This document shows positions 34,728 through 44,747 of a DNA stretch of 64,000 bases, piece after piece. Numbering within the stretch: position 1 is the stretch's first letter; each line of letters opens with the position of its first letter. The notes beneath the pieces are model-generated. The model searched no databases and was not told where the DNA came from. It saw nothing but the letters and a program-made list of their open reading frames with translations. Both the position numbers and the translations under genes were made by a program. The stretch comes from Lachnospiraceae bacterium (GTDB taxonomy: Bacteria > Bacillota > Clostridia > Lachnospirales > Lachnospiraceae), in the NCBI GenBank assembly GCA_021205755.1, contig JAJPWX010000036.1:26315-90314 (forward strand), written 5' to 3'.

Positions 34728-35392
34728 AAAAGTGTTTTCGCCAGCTCAAGCCGCTCTTCAAACTGTTCGTAAAAATCTTGTGTTAAATCATAAGGCTTCA
34801 TAAAAAACAGCCTTAGCAGGAAGAGGTTGAGATTTTTTATCTCATCCTCTCCTGCCTCTCCTGCCACAAACGTTTCCGCACGCTCCAGAAGGCCGTGCCA
34901 TTTTACAATATATTGCTCATATCGAACCAACTCCGGCTGATCCAGCCATCTCTCAATCCGCACCTTCGTCTTGTTCGGCGCGGAACATTCTCCAGACTGA
35001 ACAAAATACCGAAAGGACTCTGCCGTATAATACCTTCCAAGCGGAAACAGCCGGCAGACGCCCGGCCGGAACGGATGGACACTGCAGCGTCCCTCCTCAT
35101 TCAAAAAGCCGCATGCGTCATTCTCCCGGTTCATCGCAAGATTGGGCAGGATAATACCATCGACCACGTTTAGCTCCAGTTTATCAGCCAGAAGTGCGTC
35201 CATCGACAAGCCAGTGCCCTGTCCCAGACGGTAAACATCCATCGGATCCAGAATCGCCGATTTCCCCATCCCGTGACAGCAGTCTGAGCAGCCGCGGCAG
35301 CCGCCGCAGCCAATCCGAACCATGTCATGGCGGTCATAAAGACGACCATCTGAGATTTCATCAAGGCTTACCTGTCGTTTCATCCCTTTCAC
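34721..35392 (-). CDS. YkgJ-family cysteine-cluster protein (CxxCxxCC, putative Fe-S/zinc binding)
   Basis: CGGCRGCSDCCHG motif near the N-terminus, second Cys cluster CGFLNEEGRCSVHPFRPGVCRLFP. 223 aa. Confidence 0.75.
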   Translation of the reverse strand: MKGMKRQVSLDEISDGRLYDRHDMVRIGCGGCRGCSDCCHGMGKSAILDPMDVYRLGQGTGLSMDALLADKLELNVVDGIILPNLAMNRENDACGFLNEEGRCSVHPFRPGVCRLFPLGRYYTAESFRYFVQSGECSAPNKTKVRIERWLDQPELVRYEQYIVKWHGLLERAETFVAGEAGEDEIKNLNLFLLRLFFMKPYDLTQDFYEQFEERLELAKTLFQ

Positions 35393-35449
35393 TCCTCACC
35401 CGAACAAACCAGAAAGAAAGAATAGCCCTCCTGTGCCGGAAATGACCTT

Positions 35450-36394
35450 TTAGTTAAAATACACCGTATCCTCTTCAGGCGGCCCAGTCAACTCGTAATT
35501 CTTCGCATAAAGAACCGGCCCTTCTTCGCCATATTCCTTTTGATACTCATAGCGAATTTCCGCGGTCAGCCAGACCCACTGCCGCGGCTTCAGAAGCCCC
35601 GTAAAGTCTGCCTTGCATACATATCCGACAAAACGAATATCCTCCGCGCAGCAAGTCATGACATTGCGACCGGGAATAAACTCATTCGACGGCAGACGGC
35701 GGGATTTCATGATTTTCGCGCGGAAACGCACCTTTTTGCCTTCATACCGATCTTTTGACTCAAAGGCGTCAAGATACCAGAGACCATAGTCAATATCGTC
35801 CACCTGGATCACATCCGCAGTCAGGTCAAACGGAGGCACATCTTTGCCCGGATCGATCGGATTCCCGTCCTGATCCTCAAAATATACCATCGCACGCGGG
35901 TTGAGCCCGCGAACCGTGCGGCGGTAAGAGAGCAGATCCATCTCTGGCGTACAGCGATTGAAAATCGCCATTTCCGTAAACTGGAACAGATTGCTCAAAA
36001 TGCTCCGCATATTGTTCAGATAAACAGAAAAAGTACTCCCGTCAATCACAGTGATGACCTGCGCAATCGCCATACTGATCGGAAGCTCCTCTCCATACAG
36101 CCATTTGCAGTCCCACATGCCATTCATCTCAATGAAAATGCGCTTCGGACGATAATGTTTCTCACAGGTGCGCAGGAAATCAACTGTAAATTCCTCCTGC
36201 GAATCCGCCGTCACAACAGACATATTCATATCTGCCAGCGCCTTCTCATCGTACTCGACCTCGCCTTCCTCGCAGAGGATCAGAAGCCCCTTCTGCCCGT
36301 CCGCAAAATCGCCGCCTTCCAGTACCTCCTGCAAAAATGTGGTCTTGCCCGCTTCCAAAAATCCTGTAATTAAATAAATCGGAATTTGCCGCAT
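35450..36394 (-). CDS. P-loop GTPase related to COG0523 but lacking the CxCC motif, with a C-terminal CC-motif domain
   Basis: Walker A GFLEAGKTT. No GCxCC. The C-terminal third contains NVMTCCAEDIRFVGYVC, which to my recollection resembles the DUF1980/TIGR03943 CCxxD motif. Confidence 0.7.
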   Translation of the reverse strand: MRQIPIYLITGFLEAGKTTFLQEVLEGGDFADGQKGLLILCEEGEVEYDEKALADMNMSVVTADSQEEFTVDFLRTCEKHYRPKRIFIEMNGMWDCKWLYGEELPISMAIAQVITVIDGSTFSVYLNNMRSILSNLFQFTEMAIFNRCTPEMDLLSYRRTVRGLNPRAMVYFEDQDGNPIDPGKDVPPFDLTADVIQVDDIDYGLWYLDAFESKDRYEGKKVRFRAKIMKSRRLPSNEFIPGRNVMTCCAEDIRFVGYVCKADFTGLLKPRQWVWLTAEIRYEYQKEYGEEGPVLYAKNYELTGPPEEDTVYFN

Positions 36395-36448
36395 ACCCTA
36401 TCACTCTTTTCTTTCTCGAATCCCTGATCCGTGTCCCAGTCTTCCTTT

Positions 36449-37498
36449 TTAAACCAGATGAAACAGCTCCGCCAGCTTCTGCTCGTTCAGCTGTGCGCCG
36501 ATCACACAAAAACGCCCTGTGTAATCTGCCGCACCAGTACGAATCTCATACTCTTCCGGAACAAAATCAAAATGAATCCAGCTGCCGTCCGTCGCAGGAA
36601 GCATTCCTTTTGCGCGAAGCACAGTACCATAGCAATCCTCCTGGCCGAGTGCCTGGAGAATCTCCTCCACCTCATTCTTCGTATACTTGCGCGGCGTCTC
36701 CTGACCCCAGGAAGTAAACACCTCATCTGCGTGATGATGATGGTGATGATGATGTCCGTCGTGATCATGGTCATGGCAGCAGCATTCCCCATGCTCTTCA
36801 TGATCGTGGTCATGGTGATGCTCGTGATCTCCGTGGCAGCAGTACTCTTCTTCTTCCTCTGTGTGCGCTGCCGTCTCCTCAAGGAGCATCTGCGCAAGCA
36901 CGTCTGTCTCCTCCATCGCGCTCAGAATCTGCGCACCGGTCAGCTCATCCCAGGGAGTTGTGATAATAGTCGCATTCGGGTTCTTCTCACGAATCATAGC
37001 TGCTGCTTCCAGCTGCTTTTCCTCAGAAAGCTTCTGCGTACGGCTCAGAATCACCGTCGCCGCACTCTCGATCTGGTTATTATAGAACTCGCCAAAGTTC
37101 TTCATATACATTTTAATCTTAGATGCATCCGCCACGGTCGTCAGCGCATTTAATTCAAGCCCGGTCTCCTGCGCAGCACCCTCTACCGCTTTGCGCACAT
37201 CCGAAAGCTTGCCTACGCCCGATGGCTCGATAATGATGCGATCCGGTGAAAACTGCTCCGCCACCTCTTTCAGAGCCTTACCGAAATCTCCCACCAGCGA
37301 ACAGCAAATACATCCGGAATTCATCTCCGTAATATTGATCCCGGCGTCTTTCAGAAATCCTCCGTCAATGCCGATCTCGCCAAACTCGTTCTCAATCAAC
37401 ACAATCTTCTTCCCCGCAAACACCTCCGCGATCAGCTTCTTGATCAGCGTCGTCTTGCCTGCACCGAGGAAACCGGAAATAATATCTACCTTTATCAT
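36449..37498 (-). CDS. COG0523-family (CobW/ZigA-like) metallochaperone GTPase with a His/Cys-rich insert
   Basis: Trimmed to MIKVDIISGFLGAGKTTLIKKLI. Contains GCICCS (CxCC). Insert: HTEEEEEYCCHGDHEHHHDHDHEEHGECCCHDHDHDGHHHHHHHHADE. Confidence 0.85.
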   Translation of the reverse strand: MIKVDIISGFLGAGKTTLIKKLIAEVFAGKKIVLIENEFGEIGIDGGFLKDAGINITEMNSGCICCSLVGDFGKALKEVAEQFSPDRIIIEPSGVGKLSDVRKAVEGAAQETGLELNALTTVADASKIKMYMKNFGEFYNNQIESAATVILSRTQKLSEEKQLEAAAMIREKNPNATIITTPWDELTGAQILSAMEETDVLAQMLLEETAAHTEEEEEYCCHGDHEHHHDHDHEEHGECCCHDHDHDGHHHHHHHHADEVFTSWGQETPRKYTKNEVEEILQALGQEDCYGTVLRAKGMLPATDGSWIHFDFVPEEYEIRTGAADYTGRFCVIGAQLNEQKLAELFHLV

Positions 37499-37645
37499 TT
37501 TCATCCTTCTTTCTATCTTTCTTTTTGATGCTGTTCTGAATAAATACCCATTTTTGATGACAAAAAGCAGCGGCTTTTCGCGCTGCTCTGCTATAGTACA
37601 CCAAAAGTAAAAAGTTTTCAAGTGGGCAATCCTGCCGCCGAAAAC

Positions 37646-38404
37646 TTAACGTCCGAATTTACCAAGAAATTCGCGGATACGCGCGTGGTCAGCGTCGAAC
37701 ACTTCATCTGGGGAGCCTTCGAGAGCCACAACGCCTTTGTCCATGAAAATCACGCGATCCGAAATCTCGCGCGCAAAGGACATCTCATGCGTAACAATCA
37801 CCATCGTAATATGCGTCTCAGCCAACGACTTAATGACCTTCAGCACCTCGCCGGTCAGCTCCGGATCCAGCGCAGATGTCGGTTCATCAAAGAAAAGAAT
37901 CTTCGGATTCAGCGCAAGCGCCCGCGCAATCGCGACTCTCTGACATTGACCGCCGGAGAGCTGGCACGGATATGCGTTCTCCTTATCAGACAACCCCATT
38001 TTCCGCAGAAGCTCCCGCGCCTCCGCAAACGCCTCTGCCTTCGGACGCTTCTGAATGGTGATCGGCGCATCCGTGATATTTTTCATCACAGAAAAGTGTG
38101 GAAACAGGTTAAAATTCTGAAACACCAGTCCGAAATAGGAGTGCACCTTTCTGGCCTGATCCCCAGTTGGATAAATTCGTCTCCCGTCAGCCTCAACCCA
38201 GGCTGTCCTTTCTCCCATGTAGGAAATTTCACCGCCATCAATCTGCTCAAGCATCGTCGCACAGCGCAGCAAGGTCGATTTCCCGGATCCGGATGGGCCA
38301 ATAATCGACAGAATTTCCCCCTCACTTACGGAGAAAGAAATGTCATGAAGAACCTCCAGGTTGTCAAACTGCTTTTTTATATGGTTCATTTCAAGAAGCT
38401 TCAT
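37646..38404 (-). CDS. Amino acid ABC transporter ATP-binding protein (GlnQ-like)
   Basis: Walker [10 protein letters not shown], signature [15 protein letters not shown], Walker [13 protein letters not shown]. 252 aa. Confidence 0.9.
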   Translation of the reverse strand: MKLLEMNHIKKQFDNLEVLHDISFSVSEGEILSIIGPSGSGKSTLLRCATMLEQIDGGEISYMGERTAWVEADGRRIYPTGDQARKVHSYFGLVFQNFNLFPHFSVMKNITDAPITIQKRPKAEAFAEARELLRKMGLSDKENAYPCQLSGGQCQRVAIARALALNPKILFFDEPTSALDPELTGEVLKVIKSLAETHITMVIVTHEMSFAREISDRVIFMDKGVVALEGSPDEVFDADHARIREFLGKFGR

Positions 38405-38481
38405 AGCAAGCCGCCACTCCTTTTCATCCCTGTTTTCGCCTCAGACAAAAACCCTGTCCGGTTTTCCGGAACTTCCATCAC

Positions 38482-39132
38482 CTACTGGTAATAATTCAGC
38501 CGTTTTTCGATCTGCTCCATCACGACAGCCACTACCAGGTTAAAGACATAATAAAAGACAGCCGCTACCACAAACGGCATAAATGTCGTTTGTGACGCCG
38601 CGATCTGTTTCGCAATCGTAAACATTTCCGCATAAGCCAGCGAAAAGCTCAGAGAAGTATCCTTGACCAGCGTAATAACCTCATTCGTTACAGACGGCAA
38701 AATCCGCTTTACCACCTGTGGAAAAATAATGCGGAAAAAACATTGGATTTTCCCATAACCCAGCACCTGTGCCGCCTCGTACTGCCCCACCGGCATTGAT
38801 TCAATACCCGAACGGTAAATTTCGGCAAAATAAGCAGCATAGTTCAGTGAAAATCCGATAATAATCGCGGTAAAACGGTAGCCGCCGCCGATCTTCATTC
38901 CAAACAGATAATACGGTCCAAAATAAACAACCAGAAGCTGCAGCATCAGCGGCGTCCCACGCATCACAGATATATAAATCTTTGTGATCGTACGCAGCAG
39001 GCTGTGTTTTGACATCCTGCCGAAAGAAATCAGAAGTCCAAGCGGCAGAGAAAAAATCAGGGTCAGCGCAAAAATCCCCATTGACCGAAGCATACCGCTG
39101 CTCAATTGACTCAGCATGACTGAAAATTTCAT
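38482..39132 (-). CDS. Amino acid ABC transporter permease (His/Glu/Gln/Arg/opine family)
   Basis: About 216 aa, multi-TM, family-typical EAAQVLGYGKIQCFFRIIFPQ loop. The start is ambiguous (ATG at 39132 or GTG at 39150). Confidence 0.85.
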   Translation of the reverse strand: MKFSVMLSQLSSGMLRSMGIFALTLIFSLPLGLLISFGRMSKHSLLRTITKIYISVMRGTPLMLQLLVVYFGPYYLFGMKIGGGYRFTAIIIGFSLNYAAYFAEIYRSGIESMPVGQYEAAQVLGYGKIQCFFRIIFPQVVKRILPSVTNEVITLVKDTSLSFSLAYAEMFTIAKQIAASQTTFMPFVVAAVFYYVFNLVVAVVMEQIEKRLNYYQ

Positions 39133-39327
39133 ATTATTAGCAAAGAGCACCCTGCACTGGCAGGATGCCCTTATCCTCCATTTTGTCTATGACGATCTGC
39201 CGCATCCGCATCCCGATTCATAGTTTTCTTCCGATGCAGTTTCGAATGGCTACGCATAAGTCAAATATCCGCGCAAGCTATGCCATAAAAGGGGCGTTGC
39301 TTCGCGGAATAGAGCCTCTGACACAAA

Positions 39328-40158
39328 TTATTCTGTCACAGCCTCTGTCTCCGTCTCTGCTTCATCCAGGATGCCATCGCCCAGGCAAACCATATCGCTC
39401 AGCTCATACTTTTCAGCCAGCTCCGCTACTGTGCCATCCTCTACAAGCGCCAGCAGCGCCTCATTTACTGTATCACGCAGCTCCTCATCATCCAGCCGGA
39501 AGCCAACCCCGTACTGTTCTGAATTCAGTTCTTCATCCAGGATAATATAGCCTTCTTTTTCCTTAATCTGATACTGCGCTACTCCGATGTCCATTGCCAC
39601 CGCGTCAATGCTTCCAGCCTGCAGCTCTACAAATGCAGTGTTATAATCTGCAAATTCCTGCAGTGTGCCAAAGGTCGCAGCCAGATCCGCCTGGTCGCCA
39701 TCGGCACTCAAAAGCTCCAGCGCCGCGGACGCAGCCTGTACACCCACAATCTTACCTGCCAGATCATCCAGGCAGGTAATACCGGAATCCTCAGACACCA
39801 CAATCACCTGGCTGTTATCAACATACGGATAAGACCATGCGTAATCGTCTTCGCGCCCGTTGATCGTAAATCCGCTCCAGATGCAATCAATCGAACCTGA
39901 CTCCAGCTCCAGATCCTTGGAATCCCAGTCGATCGGCGTCTTAATCAGTTCCCAGCCCTCCAGGTCGCAGACCGCCTGTGCAAGCTCAAGGTCAAAGCCG
40001 GTGTACTCGCCGTCATCATCCATATAGCCATACGGCGGATACTCCGCATCAAAACCTACGGTAAATGTCGTTCTCTCATCCGCCATGCTGACTGTACCCA
40101 TCGTCATAGACGCTGCCAAAGCCGCAGCAATCACACCAGCCATCCAATTCTTCTTCAT
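39328..40158 (-). CDS. Amino acid ABC transporter substrate-binding protein
   Basis: Trimmed to MKKNWMAGVIAAALAASMTMGTVSMA with a GGAGG RBS. Family 3 SBP pattern (FTVGFDAEYPPYGY...DCIWSGFTI). Confidence 0.85.
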   Translation of the reverse strand: MKKNWMAGVIAAALAASMTMGTVSMADERTTFTVGFDAEYPPYGYMDDDGEYTGFDLELAQAVCDLEGWELIKTPIDWDSKDLELESGSIDCIWSGFTINGREDDYAWSYPYVDNSQVIVVSEDSGITCLDDLAGKIVGVQAASAALELLSADGDQADLAATFGTLQEFADYNTAFVELQAGSIDAVAMDIGVAQYQIKEKEGYIILDEELNSEQYGVGFRLDDEELRDTVNEALLALVEDGTVAELAEKYELSDMVCLGDGILDEAETETEAVTE

Positions 40159-40225
40159 AATAGCTCCTCCTTTTCTGTTTATAGCATTATTACTGTGTTG
40201 CTCTACCACGCTAAATTACGCGTTT

Positions 40226-40254
40226 ATACTAACAGATAATTCTAATACTGTCAA
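40226..40254 (-). promoter_or_regulatory. Candidate promoter TTGACA-17-TAGTAT for the amino-acid ABC operon
   Basis: Minus-strand hexamers at 40254-40249 and 40231-40226. Confidence 0.4.
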
Positions 40255-40287
40255 CAAAGTTTTCACACCTTACGCGCCTGTAACCAT

Positions 40288-40317
40288 GAAAAAGGCCCTC
40301 ACAATCCGTGAGAGCCC
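40288..40317 (-). terminator. Rho-independent terminator of the zinc-ribbon membrane protein gene
   Basis: The minus strand reads GGCTCTCAC-ggatt-GTGAGGGCC followed by TTTTTC. Confidence 0.65.
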
Positions 40318-40325
40318 ATATCCTT

Positions 40326-42320
40326 TTATTCATTATATTCGCTCAGCGTACTCCGATATTTCAGAATCCAGACGCCAAACAACAGCATCCACCCTATCTG
40401 TCCGACGCCGGCAGCGATACCGGTAATTTCCAGGTTTACAATGCCAGAAAGGACATTTATAATTCCAGTCAGCGCAAGGATCATATGAACCACTGCCACA
40501 TACGATGATACCTTCCCGCAGCACTCCCCTTTCCGTGCGTTTGTGCTGATAATCCGGATCGTCGAAAGATAGCAGAAAAAGTACATCACAATCGCCATCG
40601 TCACCACAATCGCGCAAATCAGCGTGACCACCGCAATTATCAACAGACTCTGGGTTCCCCCGCTCCACGCCGCAATCACAAGTGTCACAGAAAGTATCAG
40701 TACAACCAGCAGAACCACACAGGCAGCAATCATCTCTATAATCGTCACAATCTGCAGCAGCATAAAGCCGATGCCCGACATCTTTTCCTTCGAGCCGTGT
40801 GCCAGAATAAAGATCAGCCAAAGCCCCAGACACAGCAGAAGATCCGGAACACGAATCACCAGGTTAATCGCCAGCGCACCCTGATCCAACTGCGCCATCG
40901 CCGCCTGAAACATGCTGACATAACCCCTCAGCTGGGAAGGAAGATCGAGAAGATTCAGCAGCTTCGCAATCTGTCCATAACTCAATTCTCTCATAAAAAT
41001 CGCCGCAACTGATCCAGCCAGAAACACGGTCTGGAAGAGCGCAACTACAAGCAGCAACGGCGACGTAAGTGCGTCCTTTGAAGCTTCCGTCACTCTCCGA
41101 GCCAGGCTGGAGCTCTTACCGCTGTGGTGATGTGCCTGCTGAGAGACTCCACGGTTTTCCTGCGGTGTCTGCGCATACGGCTGCACAGACGGTTTCTGCT
41201 GCTGACCGACCGCGCCTGAAGCATTTCCCGTCATGCCTGTTCCGGCGGCCGCACGTCCCTCTGCCGGACGCTGAGAAGAGCGCATATCTGCAGATGCCGC
41301 TGTATTCTGCCTTTGCGCTGTCTCCGGCCGTCTTCTCGGCTGAAGCGGGTCACTCTGCACTGCGCTTCCGTATACCACATTCTCTCCGGCATGTCCGCCA
41401 TGCACATCTCTGCGGATCACACCCTGCGCACCTTCAAACTCCGCCATGGAATCCTGTCCGTAAATCTGCGGACCGCTCTTCGTTCTCCGCGGCCTTCCCT
41501 GGCGCTGCGCATTCGCCTCATTCTTCGTCAAAATATCGGATTCATCCTGCACAGGTGTCTCCATCTCCTGCCGCGCCAGGGGCTCTGACGCTGGCGTTGC
41601 CGGCTCCGTTTCTTCAGCCTCCGCGGATATATCCATCTCTCGTCGTGCCAAAGCCTCCGCTGCTGCAGCCGCCGGTTCCTCGGTCGGAACCTCTTCGGGC
41701 GCTTCCATCTCCCGCCGTGCCAGAGCCGCTGCCGCACTCTCTGCCGGAGTCACGGTATCCTTTTTCTGCGGTACCTCCGCCATACGCTTTGCAAACGCCT
41801 CTGCCGCACTCTGTACTGGCTCTTCTGCTGCTCGTTCTACGATTGTCTCTGCCTGTTTTGCGCTCGCCTCCGCCTGCTCAGCATATGTCTCTGCCTGCTT
41901 CGCAAATACTTCTGCCTGCTTCGCATGCGTCTCCGCCTGTTTCGCAAACGTTTCATATGCGTCTTCCGCTTCAGATTCCGGCCTGATCTGCGCAGAGGGC
42001 TCCACTGCCTCGCCGCTCTGAGGTACCGAAGCGGCAAAATCCTCTTCCGGAAGAACCGTTACCCCCGGCTCATCGACACGAAGCATTTCCTCTGTAACAG
42101 CCTGTTCCGGCTGCGGCGCCGAATCCGGCTGTGCCGCTGACTCATCCTCCTGTACCTTCGTCAGAACTTCTTTCAGCTGTTCCTCGATTCTCTCATCCGG
42201 TTCCAGAGAAGCTTCTCCGTCGTCAGCATCACTTTCCATATCTATGAATGGATTCCCACATACATTGCAGACCACACTGTCGTCATCCCCGACATTACCA
42301 CATACGATACAGCGCTTCAT
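40326..42320 (-). CDS. Zinc-ribbon membrane protein: N-terminal CxxC..CxxC, long acidic repeat-containing linker, C-terminal multi-TM domain
   Basis: Trimmed to MKRCIVCGNVGDDDSVVCNVCGNPF. Heptad repeats FAKQAET x4-5 and three ALARREME-like repeats. About 6 predicted TM helices in the last 270 aa. Confidence 0.7.
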   Translation of the reverse strand: MKRCIVCGNVGDDDSVVCNVCGNPFIDMESDADDGEASLEPDERIEEQLKEVLTKVQEDESAAQPDSAPQPEQAVTEEMLRVDEPGVTVLPEEDFAASVPQSGEAVEPSAQIRPESEAEDAYETFAKQAETHAKQAEVFAKQAETYAEQAEASAKQAETIVERAAEEPVQSAAEAFAKRMAEVPQKKDTVTPAESAAAALARREMEAPEEVPTEEPAAAAAEALARREMDISAEAEETEPATPASEPLARQEMETPVQDESDILTKNEANAQRQGRPRRTKSGPQIYGQDSMAEFEGAQGVIRRDVHGGHAGENVVYGSAVQSDPLQPRRRPETAQRQNTAASADMRSSQRPAEGRAAAGTGMTGNASGAVGQQQKPSVQPYAQTPQENRGVSQQAHHHSGKSSSLARRVTEASKDALTSPLLLVVALFQTVFLAGSVAAIFMRELSYGQIAKLLNLLDLPSQLRGYVSMFQAAMAQLDQGALAINLVIRVPDLLLCLGLWLIFILAHGSKEKMSGIGFMLLQIVTIIEMIAACVVLLVVLILSVTLVIAAWSGGTQSLLIIAVVTLICAIVVTMAIVMYFFCYLSTIRIISTNARKGECCGKVSSYVAVVHMILALTGIINVLSGIVNLEITGIAAGVGQIGWMLLFGVWILKYRSTLSEYNE

Positions 42321-42494
42321 ACTTATTTTGTTCCTCCTGTTCCGGCTTCCCCGGGGTCTCTCATTCACGTACTTCCCCGCCTGCAGCCATACTGTCCTTT
42401 CTCCGCCCCTTCAACAGGTGTGCAGTCAAAGAATGCACAGTACTCCCGCTTCATAGCCATCTTTCGTCGCCCATCCGGACATAATTTCTCTGTC

Positions 42495-42523
42495 ATTATA
42501 CCCCATTTGGTAAACAGGAGCAA
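42495..42523 (-). promoter_or_regulatory. Candidate promoter TTGCTC-17-TATAAT for the zinc-ribbon membrane protein gene
   Basis: Minus-strand hexamers at 42523-42518 and 42500-42495. Leaves a leader of about 170 nt. Confidence 0.3.
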
Positions 42524-42569
42524 GCAAAATCATAAATTCCATGTAAAATCATCACCGCACAAATGCACT

Positions 42570-43853
42570 CTACATATCCAGATATTTTTCCAGGCTGACC
42601 AGCTTTACACTCAGCACAAAAACTTCTGTCGCCAGCTGCAGCTCTTCCAGCGTCGGGAATGACGGAGCAATACGAATGTTGCTGTCCTTCGGATCTTTTC
42701 CATACGGATAGGTCGCTCCTGCACCGGTCATCTTCACGCCAGCGTCCTTCGCCTTGGCCACAATCTTCTTCGCACAGCCATCCAGCGCATCGAAAGAAAT
42801 GAAATAACCGCCTTTCGGCTTTGTCCAGCTGCCGATCTCCAAACCGCCAAGCTCCCGCTCCAGTCCTTCTTCAACCGCCTCAAACTTCGGCCGCAGGATT
42901 GCTGCATGCTTTCTCATGTGCTCATGCACGCCATCCATGTTTTTAAAGAAACGCACATGACGCAGCTGGTTCAGCTTATCATGCCCGATCGTCTGATAAA
43001 ACAATGCGCGCCGCGCATCCTCCAGATTCGCCTCCGAAGCAGCAAATGCCGCAATTCCTGATCCCGGGAAAGAAACCTTTGAAGTAGAGATAAATTTATA
43101 TACCAGATCTTCATTTCCAACTTTCTCAGCCTCAGTCAGAAGCTCCAGAATCACATCCTGGTCATCGTCATACAGATGATGAATCGAATAGGCATTGTCC
43201 CAGAAAATACGGAAATCCTTTGCCGCCGGCTTCAGATTGGCAAACCGCAAAACTGTCTCGTCCGAGTAGGAAACGCCGGTCGGATTTGAGTACTTCGGCA
43301 CACACCAGATTCCCTTAATCAGCGGATCATTTGCTACCAGCTGCTCCACCATATCCATATCCGGACCTGTCGGCAGCAATGGTACATTGATCATCTCGAT
43401 TCCAAAAAACTCTGTAATACCAAAATGACGGTCATAGCCAGGCACTGGGCAGAGAAATTTCACTTTTTCCAACAATCCCCATGGCGTATGTCCGCACACG
43501 CCCATCGACATTGCCCGTGCTACCGTATCAAACATCACATTCAGGCTGGAATTCCCGTAAATCAGAATATTCTTTTCCGGCACCTCAGACATATCCGCCA
43601 GCAGATGCCTTGCCTCTGGTATCCCGTCCATCACACCGTAATTCCTGCAGTCTACTCCGGATTCACAGGTCAAATCCGCCGTGCTGCTCAGTACATCCAT
43701 CATTCCATTGGAAAGATCCAGCTGCTCCTTCGAAGGCTTTCCCCGCGACATATCCAGCTTCAGATCCTTTGCCTTCATCTCCTGATACCTGGCTTCCACA
43801 ACTGCCTTTTCCGCCAAAAGCTCTTCACGGGTCATCATTTTATAAGGTTTCAT
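42570..43853 (-). CDS. PLP-dependent aminotransferase (class I/II fold)
   Basis: Trimmed to MKPYKMMTREELLAEK with a GGAGG RBS. 427 aa. SRGKPS and STSKVSFPGSGIA (Lys-containing) segments resemble the class I aminotransferase fold. Confidence 0.75.
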   Translation of the reverse strand: MKPYKMMTREELLAEKAVVEARYQEMKAKDLKLDMSRGKPSKEQLDLSNGMMDVLSSTADLTCESGVDCRNYGVMDGIPEARHLLADMSEVPEKNILIYGNSSLNVMFDTVARAMSMGVCGHTPWGLLEKVKFLCPVPGYDRHFGITEFFGIEMINVPLLPTGPDMDMVEQLVANDPLIKGIWCVPKYSNPTGVSYSDETVLRFANLKPAAKDFRIFWDNAYSIHHLYDDDQDVILELLTEAEKVGNEDLVYKFISTSKVSFPGSGIAAFAASEANLEDARRALFYQTIGHDKLNQLRHVRFFKNMDGVHEHMRKHAAILRPKFEAVEEGLERELGGLEIGSWTKPKGGYFISFDALDGCAKKIVAKAKDAGVKMTGAGATYPYGKDPKDSNIRIAPSFPTLEELQLATEVFVLSVKLVSLEKYLDM

Positions 43854-43941
43854 AACGTATTCTCCTCCAGTCCTGTATTCTGCGCACATTGTCTTTCTAC
43901 CGCGCACAAATGTCCGTATCTATCTAAAATTCACCTTACCT

Positions 43942-43970
43942 ATTCTAGCCCCAGAGTCCTTGTTCGTCAA
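43942..43970 (-). promoter_or_regulatory. Candidate promoter TTGACG-17-TAGAAT for the aminotransferase gene
   Basis: Minus-strand hexamers at 43970-43965 and 43947-43942. Confidence 0.4.
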
Positions 43971-44078
43971 GGCTTTCTTCCCGCGCCGACGAGGAAAATC
44001 CGCCTTAAAATTTACGGTTTTTTGTATCCATTCCAAACAGCATTACCTTTCCCTCGCAACCGAGATGGCACTGAACCG

Positions 44079-44459
44079 TTACAAATCTTTTACCTGAGCC
44101 CGCTCTGTATACTGCGAAATCTGAATGGCATCCTCAACCTCCAGATCTCTCTCCCCGGCCAGAGATTCCAGATGATGCCGGAATTCATGCAGCAATACTT
44201 TTCGCATCTTATCCAAGAACGCCTCCCTTGACCAGGAGCCGCAGCAACGCATGAAAGAGCCATAATACAGCACAACAAAACGTCCCAGGTAATAATCCCT
44301 GTGGTATTCCCCCATTACAAAAAGATCGCCGCGCAGATCTGCCGGGTGCAGCCTTGCCTGCGCTTTCACGATAATGCCTCCATTCAGTTCCCGGTAGAAT
44401 TCCTCCGGAAACGTATCGGCAATCTCGTAGGCCGCTGTCTCGAATTCGTCAAACGTCAT
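44079..44459 (-). CDS. Small zinc metallopeptidase-like protein (HExxH; Zincin_1/DUF1025-like)
   Basis: Trimmed to MTFDEFETAAYEIADTFPEEF. Motif VLLHEFRHHLE. 126 aa. Confidence 0.7.
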   Translation of the reverse strand: MTFDEFETAAYEIADTFPEEFYRELNGGIIVKAQARLHPADLRGDLFVMGEYHRDYYLGRFVVLYYGSFMRCCGSWSREAFLDKMRKVLLHEFRHHLESLAGERDLEVEDAIQISQYTERAQVKDL

Positions 44460-44528
44460 AAAACGCCTCTCTGCTTCCCTGCCTGCACTGTACAGGTCAT
44501 ATCCCAACCAGATTTACTTATTCCTTTT

Positions 44529-44714
44529 CTACTGGTGCGACCAGTTGCCCTGCGCCATCAGCATACAGTCCCGACTGTGCTCACACCTGCCATAATCACA
44601 GTCCGACTCCAGCAATATCCGACTGCCATCCGCCGCGACCTCATATTCGCATAACACCGTTCTCGTCTGATTCTGTCTTTTACAAAATCCGCTGATAAAA
44701 ATCTCTGTCTCCAT
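44529..44714 (-). CDS. Small Cys-rich hypothetical protein (61 aa)
   Basis: METEIFISGFCKRQNQTRTVLCEYEV...ESDCDYGRCEHSRDC has four or five spaced Cys/His residues. Compact spacing to its neighbours on the same strand. Confidence 0.5.
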   Translation of the reverse strand: METEIFISGFCKRQNQTRTVLCEYEVAADGSRILLESDCDYGRCEHSRDCMLMAQGNWSHQ

Positions 44715-44747
44715 ACATCACTGCCCCGATTATAGATTCATAGATAC

